NCBI GenBank assembly: GCA_964428845.1
Contig: CAYRZH010000004.1
Coordinates: 3,228-67,227 of the forward strand
Length of the DNA: 64,000 bases
DNA from: an uncultured Candidatus Saccharibacteria bacterium
GTDB taxonomy: Bacteria > Patescibacteriota > Minisyncoccia > Phycocordibacterales > DATGWK01
Direction of reading: 5' to 3'
Numbering within the stretch: the stretch's first letter is position 1; the number at the start of each line of letters is the position of its first letter. The translations under genes and the position numbers were made by a program. Positions 19,193 through 28,300 of this stretch are shown here, in pieces. The notes beneath the pieces were generated by a model. That model searched no databases, had not been told where the DNA came from, and saw only the letters and a list, made by a program, of their open reading frames with translations.

Positions 19193-19507
19193 GGTTTCCT
19201 CTTTATTGCTCATGCGTAAAGTATCTACATCAGTGATGTCGAACTCCTGTCCTTCGTACTCGAGACTTAATATGTCGCAGTCCCATTTCCCATCCAAATA
19301 ATGCTGAGGGCCGAACGTAATATATTTTGAAATTTCTGGCAAGATTGCGGGTAAATATTTACCCGGCATGGAGATGTCGATATCGTTTAGGGGACGCGGC
19401 GAGCCGTATATTTTTGCAGCAAAACCACCTCCAATCCGATATGGGACTTTGTGCTTATCCAAAATTCCAACAATCCAGCGGAGGGCTTCTTTATGTTTAT
19501 TTTCCAT
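19187..19507 (-). CDS. minimal nucleotidyltransferase (MNT-like) domain protein
   Basis: GG...DIDI nucleotidyltransferase motif (RIGGGFAAKIYGSPRPLNDIDIS). Confidence 0.6.
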   Translation of the reverse strand: MENKHKEALRWIVGILDKHKVPYRIGGGFAAKIYGSPRPLNDIDISMPGKYLPAILPEISKYITFGPQHYLDGKWDCDILSLEYEGQEFDITDVDTLRMSNKEETE

Positions 19508-19691
19508 ATATTAATTATGTAGCAGAAGCACACTGCTGTATACCAACACTATTTGAGCGAGAGAACACATCACGAGTTGGCTGGGGTGCTTGGACCAAGT
19601 TAGAACTATTATTTTAGAGGGCAGAACGCATTTTGCTTACCGAAAAGATTTAGCTTTTATTTAATCCAACCCCTATTACAACTATATTTTC

Positions 19692-20336
19692 TCAAATTTT
19701 CTCCAGATAAGAAATGAGTACATCTATGCTCTCATGAAGCACCTTTACTAACATCCGAGCATTCAGAGACCTTATCTCTTTTTTCTTACCCCCATCCTCG
19801 ACCCAAGGCACATTTAATATGGTCATGTGATCTAAGTTTGATCCTCCACGCCGAACCATAGTCCATTCCGTATTGCTATCCTTTTCGTGTAGCACATTAT
19901 TCCTATACCTAAAGGCCTCATGCATATATATCACCTTTCCTCCACATGAAGCCCAAAACCTCTTAAAATCATCGGGCTGACTCTCCAGATTTTTTGACAC
20001 TGTTTCTACAAAAACACCTATCTTTGTCCAATTTATTTTAAGTGTTGAAGAAATAAATAGTGAAGCTATATACAAGAAAGATTCAGAAAACACTCTACCG
20101 AAGACATACATAGATTTTAGATCCAGACCTAGTTGAGTTATATCTTTATCTAGATCAGCTTTTTCAATCCTATTCCAAATTATTTCTAAATAATGCCAAT
20201 CCTTTAGAAGAACACTGAATTGCTTGTTAAATTTGTTTTCTTTATGGACTCTGTGGCTCTTATTGGAGTTGATTTGTGCTTCAAATCTTCTTATTCTTTC
20301 ATGCAAAGCCTTGATCTCATTCATATATTTTAACAA
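19692..20336 (-). CDS. hypothetical protein with an Rx4-6H (HEPN-like) motif; possible toxin partner of the MNT gene
   Basis: RYRNNVLHEKD fits the HEPN Rx4-6H motif. Same strand and upstream of the MNT gene, in an AT-rich patch next to tRNA-Gln. Confidence 0.35.
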   Translation of the reverse strand: MLKYMNEIKALHERIRRFEAQINSNKSHRVHKENKFNKQFSVLLKDWHYLEIIWNRIEKADLDKDITQLGLDLKSMYVFGRVFSESFLYIASLFISSTLKINWTKIGVFVETVSKNLESQPDDFKRFWASCGGKVIYMHEAFRYRNNVLHEKDSNTEWTMVRRGGSNLDHMTILNVPWVEDGGKKKEIRSLNARMLVKVLHESIDVLISYLEKI

Positions 20337-20352
20337 CCAAAATCCTAGAATG

Positions 20353-20423
20353 CTGCGGGACTTGGAATCGAACCAAAATTTTCGCTTTCAGAGAGCGACG
20401 TCCTACCTTTAGACGATCCCGCA
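20353..20423 (-). tRNA. tRNA-Gln (anticodon CUG)
   Basis: Manual fold: acceptor UGCGGGA/UCCCGCA, anticodon stem UCGCU/AGCGA with loop CUCUGAA, T-loop UUCGAUU. No encoded CCA. Confidence 0.75.
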
Positions 20424-20625
20424 ATGTTGTAGAGAGTACTTGAAAATGCCTGTTTTTTCAAGCGGAGTATGGGTTTTTCGTTGACTTCTAAGAGGGAGGA
20501 GTTTAAAATTAAACCGTTATCACCAGGAAAAAGCCCGCCTTGGAGTTCCGTCTCTAAGGAGAGCTTTTTCATTTATATTCGACCATTGTTCTTTTTTTGT
20601 CCGCGCGCCGAAATTTTACAAAATC

Positions 20626-22305
20626 TTACTTTCCTTTTTTATCTTTCATATTAACAGCGCCGGCCCCTGCTTTTCCCCTCACCATCGCCGCCTTCAAAAA
20701 TTCTGTGAAAAGTGGGTGGGGTGAAAGGGGTCGAGCGAGAAATTCTGGGTGGAACTGGGTGCCGAGAAAAAACGGGTGAACAGAGCGCGGTAGCTCCACG
20801 ATCTCCATGAGACGTCGATCTGGAGAAATGCCCGAAAATACTAGGCCAGCCGCTTCGAGATCCGCTATAAAATCCGGATTCACCTCATATCTGTGTCTGT
20901 GCCGCTCGGAAACTCTCCGCTGCCCATACGCCTTGCGCGCCACTGTCCCCTCCTTGAGAACAGCTTTGCAAGCACCAAGACGCATAGTGGCCCCGTACTT
21001 CCCCTCAGCCACCACCTCTTTCTGCTCCGGCATGATGTCTATCACCGGATGCTCGCTCTTCGGATCCACCTCTGTAGTATGTGCATCTTTCCACCCCAAA
21101 ACATTTCTCGCGTACTCGATCACCGCAAACTGCATACCGTAGCATAGACCAAAGTATGGGATTTTCTTTTCGCGTGCATATTGTATAGCCTTTATTTTCC
21201 CCAATACCCCACTCTCGCCGAAGCCGCCAGGGACCAGAACACCGTCATATTTATCTAGCTCACTAAGTCGTTTCTTCCCCTCTTCAAAATCCCTCGAAGA
21301 AAGATATGTGAGCTTTGGCCGTGCACCCAGGTGATACGCCGAGAACTTCAAAGCTTCTAGTATCGAAATATATACATCAGAGAGGACGAAGCTTCCAGAA
21401 TTAAAATATTTTCCAACAACAGCAATATTGACCCCCTTCCGCGCGTTTTTCGACTTGCGGACAAATGCTTTCCAGTCCTTGAGATTTGTCACTCGCTTCT
21501 TGTGATTGATATTTAGAGTCTTACAGAGAATCTCTCCTAGATGATCCTTTTCAAAATTTATCGGCACGTCATAAATACTCTCCACGTCCGGGGCAGAGAT
21601 GACCTTATCAGCACGAATATTACAAAATGTGGCAATCTTATCTTTGCGCTTCTGGTCAAGTGGTCTCTCGCTTCTAGCGATGATAACGTCTGCCTGCACA
21701 CCAACACTATTGAGATCACGAGCAGCTGTTTGAGTTGGCTTCGTCTTCATCTCCCCTATCTTTGAAGGTATAGGCAGATAGCTCACCATCACCACTCCCA
21801 CATCCTCTGGATATTTAGATTTCATCATACGAGCCGCCTCCACGAAGATAATATTTTGGTATTCGCCGATAGTGCCCCCGATCTCTATGATCGTCACGTC
21901 GGCCTTGGCCTTCTTGGCGGCGGTCTCAATGCGGCGAATGACCTCGAGGGGGATGTCAGGCACCACCTCCACGTTTTTGCCTTTGTACTCTAGATTGCGC
22001 TCTTTTCTGATGACTTCGAGATAGACGCGGCCAGTAGTCATGTAGTTGACCCGCGAGAGCGACTGGTCGAGGAAACGCTCGTAGTTGCCCATGTCCTGAT
22101 CTGTCTCGTCTCCATCATCAAGCACAAAAACCTCTCCATGCTCGGTCGGGTTCATCGTCCCGGCATCCACGTTTATATACGGGTCAATTTTTAGCGCGGT
22201 GACCCGTAGGCCCCGCGCTTTTAAAATGAGAGCGATCGAAGACGATGCTACCCCTTTTCCGACTCCCGACATTACTCCACCAGTCACGAATATGTATTTG
22301 CGCAT
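20626..22305 (-). CDS. pyrG: CTP synthase
   Basis: MRKYIFVTGGVMSGVGKG N-terminus and the GATase domain GLCYGMQ. Confidence 0.9.
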   Translation of the reverse strand: MRKYIFVTGGVMSGVGKGVASSSIALILKARGLRVTALKIDPYINVDAGTMNPTEHGEVFVLDDGDETDQDMGNYERFLDQSLSRVNYMTTGRVYLEVIRKERNLEYKGKNVEVVPDIPLEVIRRIETAAKKAKADVTIIEIGGTIGEYQNIIFVEAARMMKSKYPEDVGVVMVSYLPIPSKIGEMKTKPTQTAARDLNSVGVQADVIIARSERPLDQKRKDKIATFCNIRADKVISAPDVESIYDVPINFEKDHLGEILCKTLNINHKKRVTNLKDWKAFVRKSKNARKGVNIAVVGKYFNSGSFVLSDVYISILEALKFSAYHLGARPKLTYLSSRDFEEGKKRLSELDKYDGVLVPGGFGESGVLGKIKAIQYAREKKIPYFGLCYGMQFAVIEYARNVLGWKDAHTTEVDPKSEHPVIDIMPEQKEVVAEGKYGATMRLGACKAVLKEGTVARKAYGQRRVSERHRHRYEVNPDFIADLEAAGLVFSGISPDRRLMEIVELPRSVHPFFLGTQFHPEFLARPLSPHPLFTEFLKAAMVRGKAGAGAVNMKDKKGK

Positions 22306-22315
22306 CTTCTTCTAA

Positions 22316-23242
22316 TTAGGTTTTAAGGTATTTGCGTACGGCCAGATAGCTTGATATGGCACCGATTACTATCCCAGAACCCACGATCACCAAGAAAAGC
22401 TGGCCAAAGTTTGAAGTGTAGTATTCGAAAAGATTGATACCTATAAAAAAGTTGTCGCTATAGCGCCCGAGCCAGTAAATCAGAGGATAGAAAATGATAA
22501 GAGTGAGAATACCGGCGGCCGCCCCATAGAGAATTCCAGCGATCACAAATGGCCCCCTGACATAGATAGCGCTCGCCCCGACCAGACGCATGACCGAGAT
22601 CTCTTCGCGGGAGATATATATTACGAGGCGAATAGTATTGAAGGTAATGAGAATTGAAATAATTACAAAAATAATACTCGCGATGAAGCCGAGCCGCTCG
22701 GCCGAAGAGATAATTTTTGTGAGCTTATCGATCGCAACTTTGTTTTGGAAATAGTTGACTTTGTCTATAATCGGCGTTCCAGCACTTGAGAGAAAATTCT
22801 TGCTTTCAAGAAACTTAGCAATACCCTCATATTGCGATGGCTCCTTTGTCTTTACGTTAAGTGATGCTCCAAGCGGATTTTGATCAAGCTCGTCTAGAGC
22901 TTGAAGTGTAAACTGGTCATTTTCGTGTTTTTTCCTGAAATCAATTAGGGCTTGTTCTTGAGATGTGTAATTTACTTCCCTCACTTCGGGTAGCGACTCG
23001 AGAGCATTTTTCACCTCCATGATCTCCTGCTCTGGCACTTCTCCGACAAAATATACGTTCAAATCAACTTTGTTTTTGAGCTCGTTTAGAGTGGCGTTCA
23101 GTATGATGCTTCCGAAAATTACACTACCGATCACAGCCAGAGTAACAACCATGACAAAAACCGATGAAAGTGATACCGAACCATTCCTCACAAAACTGAA
23201 GAATCCAGCACGCATCACTCTTTTTAGATTTGTGGCAAGCAT
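22316..23242 (-). CDS. ftsX: cell division permease FtsX
   Basis: 308 aa with four TM segments and the FtsX architecture, immediately downstream of ftsE. Confidence 0.8.
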   Translation of the reverse strand: MLATNLKRVMRAGFFSFVRNGSVSLSSVFVMVVTLAVIGSVIFGSIILNATLNELKNKVDLNVYFVGEVPEQEIMEVKNALESLPEVREVNYTSQEQALIDFRKKHENDQFTLQALDELDQNPLGASLNVKTKEPSQYEGIAKFLESKNFLSSAGTPIIDKVNYFQNKVAIDKLTKIISSAERLGFIASIIFVIISILITFNTIRLVIYISREEISVMRLVGASAIYVRGPFVIAGILYGAAAGILTLIIFYPLIYWLGRYSDNFFIGINLFEYYTSNFGQLFLVIVGSGIVIGAISSYLAVRKYLKT

Positions 23243-23248
23243 ATTTAC

Positions 23249-23928
23249 TTAGAGTACGTAACGACCTTTCGGATCATCACGAATTATCTTACCATTTTCC
23301 ATGGTAATCACCCTCTTACCAAGCGAATCTATCACTCCTTTGTTGTGTGTTGCAAGAATAACGATAGTGCCAAGGTCATTTATTTTCTTAAGAATCTGAA
23401 CAATATCGTAGGTGTTCTGGGGGTCCAGATTCCCGGTCGGCTCATCGGCGACTATTATATCCGGCTGATTGACGATGGCTCGGGCTATAGCTACGCGCTG
23501 TTTTTCTCCACCAGAGAGTTCGTCTGGAAAGCTCCACACTTTTTTCTCGAGATCAACTAACCCCAAAACATGTGGAACGTCTGATTTTATCTCATCCTCG
23601 GAGCGACCGGCGACCTCCATAGCAAAAGAAATGTTCTCGTAGACAGTCTTTTTTGGTATTAGCCGAAAATCCTGGAAAACAACACCTATCTTCCTGCGGA
23701 AATTGTTCATTTCCTTGCGACTAAGAGTGTGGATATTTACAGAATTTAGGCAAACTTTTCCCTTCGTGGGCTTTTCTTCAGCAAGGAGCATTTTGATAAG
23801 CGTAGTCTTGCCAGCACCAGAGTGACCGACGACAGAAACAAACTCCTCTGGCTCTACGGAGAACGAGACGTTGCTTAGACCAATAGATTCATCAGGATAT
23901 ATTTTTGATACTTTGTCGTAGTGAATCA
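23249..23928 (-). CDS. ftsE: cell division ATPase FtsE
   Basis: Walker A GHSGAGKTT, signature LSGGEKQRVAIARA, Walker B IIVADEPTGNLD. Start taken at MIHYDKV (23928); the longer ORF-track N-terminus is non-homologous. Confidence 0.8.
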
Positions 23929-24005
23929 TAACAACTAAAAAGCAGCTACTTTTGAAATTAGTATAACACACGGAAGTACCCGCCAAAGCCTCAGCACGAT
24001 GGTTC

Positions 24006-24893
24006 CTAGAGTTTTTTCTCCGCCTCAATAAAAAGATCCAGATCCCCTTCCAATACATCATCAATTTTCGCTGTCTCTGCCTCCGTCCGATGGTCTTTTA
24101 CCATTTTATACGGATGCATCACATATGATCGGATCTGACTTCCCCATTCATTGCTAGTGGTTTTGCTGATATACATCCCCTTTTCCTTCGAGATTCGCTC
24201 ATCTTCAAGTGCACGGAAGATCTTACCGCGCAGTATTTGCAGAGCTTTTTCTTTATTTTGCGCCTGGGAGCGCTCGTTTTCAGAATGAGCGGCAAAATTG
24301 GTTGGAATATGGACCACACGGACCGCCGTCTCGCGTTTATTTACATTTTGCCCGCCAGGACCGCTCGAGCGCGAGAATTCGTAGCGAAGTTCGGTCTCGG
24401 GAATGTCAAGCTCGGTCACTTTTTCAAACTTCGGTATGACTTCAACCATCGAAAACGACGTATGGCGAAGTTTTTTGGCACTAAACGGCGACACCCGGAC
24501 CAGACGGTGGACACCAGACTCATTTTTTAAGGTTCCATAGACATTTTTCCCAGAAATTTCAATCGTGACGTTGCGGTAGCCGCCGTGATCATTTTCGTTT
24601 TTATGGATAACGCTCACCGACCAGCCCCTTTTGGAAATATATTTTAGATACATCGAGAGCAAAATATGCGAAAAATCCTCGGCATCATCGCCACCGGCAC
24701 CAGAAAAGATGGTCATAATGGCGTCATTTTTGTCGTATGGTCCGCCGCCATCCTTGCGTGTCCGCAACTCTTCGAGCTCTTTTATGACAGCTTGGGCACG
24801 GTTTTTGTCAGTCCAAAAGTCAACAGAGGTCATCTGTTGCTCGAGTTCCTGTATTTTTTGGCCTATTTCCTCGATACTTTCGCTTTTCATCAT
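24006..24893 (-). CDS. prfB: peptide chain release factor 2 (short N-terminus, no obvious +1 frameshift site)
   Basis: GGQ motif SGPGGQNVNK and RF2-specific SPF motif RVSPFSAKK. 295 aa, so about 65 aa shorter at the N-terminus than E. coli RF2. Confidence 0.75.
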   Translation of the reverse strand: MMKSESIEEIGQKIQELEQQMTSVDFWTDKNRAQAVIKELEELRTRKDGGGPYDKNDAIMTIFSGAGGDDAEDFSHILLSMYLKYISKRGWSVSVIHKNENDHGGYRNVTIEISGKNVYGTLKNESGVHRLVRVSPFSAKKLRHTSFSMVEVIPKFEKVTELDIPETELRYEFSRSSGPGGQNVNKRETAVRVVHIPTNFAAHSENERSQAQNKEKALQILRGKIFRALEDERISKEKGMYISKTTSNEWGSQIRSYVMHPYKMVKDHRTEAETAKIDDVLEGDLDLFIEAEKKL

Positions 24894-25002
24894 ACAAGTA
24901 TAGCAAAGTGTGCCGCCTTCTACTCAACAAAATCCTGACAAACACCACGAGAGAACTCTTGGAGGCCGCATAAGTGACTTCCGATTCTTGAGATGTCAGA
25001 TT

Positions 25003-25100
25003 CCCAATAATACCTCGATGAAGTCTTGCGAGCGCGACGGCGCGAGCACGAGGAATTTTTCAGCAGAAAAATATCCGTGCGAAGCGAGGTATTATTGGGG
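25003..25100 (-). repeat. copy 1 (E1) of a ~70-nt GC-rich element nested in a host hairpin, immediately 3' of tRNA-Thr
   Basis: Host inverted-repeat arms ccccaataatacctcg/cgaggtattattgggg enclose the core cttgcgagcgcgacggcgcgagcacgaggaattttt-cagcag-aaaaatatccgtgcg. The same core recurs at 57972-58078 and, inverted, at 31647-31756. Confidence 0.7.
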
Positions 25101-25112
25101 ACCTGACTTAAT

Positions 25113-25185
25113 TAGCCACCCCCGAGGATCGGACTCGGGACCCCCACTTTACGAAAGTGGTGCTCTACCAACTGAGCTAGGGTGG
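25113..25185 (-). tRNA. tRNA-Thr (anticodon CGU); noncanonical T-loop UCCGAUC
   Basis: Manual fold: acceptor GCCACCC/GGGUGGC, D-arm GCUC...GAGC, anticodon stem CCACU/AGUGG with loop UUCGUAA. T-stem CCGAG/CUCGG. Confidence 0.7.
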
Positions 25186-25349
25186 CGCAAGTTCAATTTA
25201 AACGATTTTAAGCCCTGTGACAATAAGACATGCGGGGAGCTCAACTATCCAAAACCTCACATAGCCTACTGTTAATAGGTTGCTATATCTTATTGTCGCA
25301 GCACTGCTACAATAAACCCATAGCAGATTAATGAAAAATTGCATAAGTC

Positions 25350-28300
25350 ATGAATGATAAATTTAAAAGTGGTTTAGTGCCACTGTTTCTCGTTACTTTG
25401 TTTCTTTTTGTGGCAGTGTTGGCCGGTTTTTCTGGCTTTTCACTGCCGTCCGGCGGACCGGACATCACCGGCCAGGTGATCACGTCACAGCAACCGGCAG
25501 CACCCACTATTCGTCCCGGCTCTGGGTGGTCTGGTCTGACTCCAACTCCCGCAGCCAGGGGCAATGGCCCAACCCCGATCGCGAGGTGGGATGTGGTCCC
25601 ATACCAAACTATCACGGGAAAATTTGGAATCGGAATCCCAGCCTTTCATATAAACGGCATTGAAAGAGTCGATTTTGCCGTCAATGGCGGCAATTGGGTA
25701 TCAGTAAATCAGATGACCAAAAACCCCTATTCTGGAGGGGTGGTTGAATATTGGGTTGAGATTGATGCAAATGACTTCCCTGTGGACGGTCCTGTAGAAA
25801 TACGTGCGACAGTCATCCCAAGCTCTGGCACTCCGATAGTCTTCCAAGGCAATGATCTTACCGAAGAGACAACCCATGGTGTACACTCAATGTTTATAAA
25901 CACCAACTCTCGTGGCACTCTCCCATCCCACACGAGATATGTCGACCCGGTCAGAGGTAATGACTCTACGGGCGACGGCACTGAAAACAACCCATTTAAG
26001 TCTATAGTCGCCGCTGCGGCTGATATAACGACTGACAGTGGTTCAAGCGACGGCGGTATTGTCTACTTGAAAGCCGGCGAATATTTCTGGGGAACAGAAG
26101 GAACTACCCCGAGAATTATTACCAACAACAGATGGCTCACGATCAAACCAGCTCCAGGACTCACAAAAAATCAGGTGAAAATAACTGATACCTCATCAGG
26201 AGGGCTCAAAACAAAATTCGTAAAGATCGAAGATGTCCACGTACACAACACTATTGTCGGGTCTGCTGGTGCAACAAACGTCTGGGCAGACAATGTTCTC
26301 TTCACCGGGAATGACTTGTCTAGTTTCGAGTTCCCTCTAAGAAATTCGGACTGGAATCTCATATACGGTACAAACAATAAATACTCGATGATGCGTCGCG
26401 CGATTGGAGGCTACACCCTCGGAAGAAATCTGACTGTAGACCACATCGGCGGCGATATGTTCAAAACCCCTTACGCGCTCATAAACGTAACTGGTTCAAA
26501 TCTTATTGATGCCAACCCAAACCTCGGAGCGGCAGAAGGAGACATTCATAGAGATGTCGTGCAGATACAGAGTCCACCAAAGAGATGGCTTATCTATGGA
26601 CTTACTGCTACAAAAAATATCTCTGGACAAGACTTCTTCGCAACCTGCGGAGCCGGAAGAGAGGGATGCAATTTCAAAGATGTTGCGTTTGTCAACTACA
26701 TGGTGAATTCAAAAAGTCTTGTTGCTGGTAAATGGAATATAGCTGGAGACCACCTACTCTTATGGAATATGTTTCATGGCTCTACACTATCCTTCCCTAG
26801 CCATGAGGAAGGCAGGCCAAAAATACTGACCAACCTAAGTATTAGAAATAGTGTGTTTGGGGCTTTGAGTGGGTTCAACCCAGTGTATTGGAATATAAAC
26901 AACGGTGGCAACTTTGCCATAGACAACCACTACATCAGCGGCCGAAATGTCTACGGTATCAACTACACGACCGGCGGATCGCTTGCTGAAATCTTTACCA
27001 AGTACACCACCTTCGATGCTCCAGATAACGACTTCCACCCTAAACCAGGCTCTGTTCTAGTGAACGCTAACCGCCCTCTAGCAGCTGCGCGGCAAGTTCT
27101 AGCTGACCGAGAGTGGACTCCTGTCCCTGCCGGTCCAACCATGGCCATTGGGCCGCTACAGGCACGTGGCACAGCTCCACTTCCAGAGCCAGAACCAAAC
27201 CCAATAACTGAACCAGACCCAACCGACCCAATCATTCCTGATCCGGGAGAAGAATACGACCCTGCCCCGCCGCCTGAAGTCATAGAGATTGGTTCTCAGG
27301 TAATAACCCAGGAGGGGATCCGAGTTAGAGCAGCTCCGTCCACAAACGCAACAATTGTAGGCAACCAAGGAAGAGCCTCTATCGGTATCGTGACCGATGG
27401 ACCAACTTCAGCCAATGGAGAGAGATGGTGGAAAGTTGATTTCCAAAACGAAATTGACGGATGGGGCCCCGAAACTTCTTTGGTTGTTTATGACCCACCA
27501 TCATCATCACAAGGACCTACATCTCCTGTCACTTCCCTACCAACCAATCTGCCATATATGGGAGGCGGACAACCTACCGGAAGGGTCTTCTATGTAGATC
27601 CTAGGACAGGATCGATGAATAACAACGGAAGCGAGGCTAGACCTTGGAGTACAATCCAAGAGGTTATTGCCGCTAAAAAAATTCAATCCAAAGACAAGAA
27701 CGGTGCAACGGTAAACCCTAACGGGCCAGTAAAATCTGGAGACACCATCTACCTTCGAAATGGCAACCATGGAGGCATAAGGCTAGGACGATATTTCAAC
27801 GACAACTACATCACTATCGCTGCCGAGCCAGGACATATTCCGGTCGTAGACTACATAAGCCTGACTGGCGGCAAAAATTGGGAATTCCGAGGCTTGAAGG
27901 TTTTGGGAAATCCTCGAAATCCTGCTCCAAAGAAACACCTGGTAACAGTCAGAGGATACACTTCAACCGGCCCGGCTTCAAATGTAAAAATTATTGGTAA
28001 TGATATTCGAAGTGTGGAGGATGCCTCTACCCTGACTCTGCAGGATTGGCTAAATAGGCCGGCAGGTATTCAAGTATGGAGATCACCTGGAATAGAAATT
28101 AGAAAAAATCTTATCGAAAGCATTGACGTCGGCATCGGCGGCATAAGCGATGGCGCTATCGTCTCTGAGAACTGGGTCAATGCCTTCGCCCACGATGGTT
28201 TGCGCGGTGGTGGCAGTAATATTCTCATAGAGAATAATCGAATCACAAACTCTATTAATAACGGAAATAGTTTCCATAGAGACCTGATTCAGTTCTTCGG

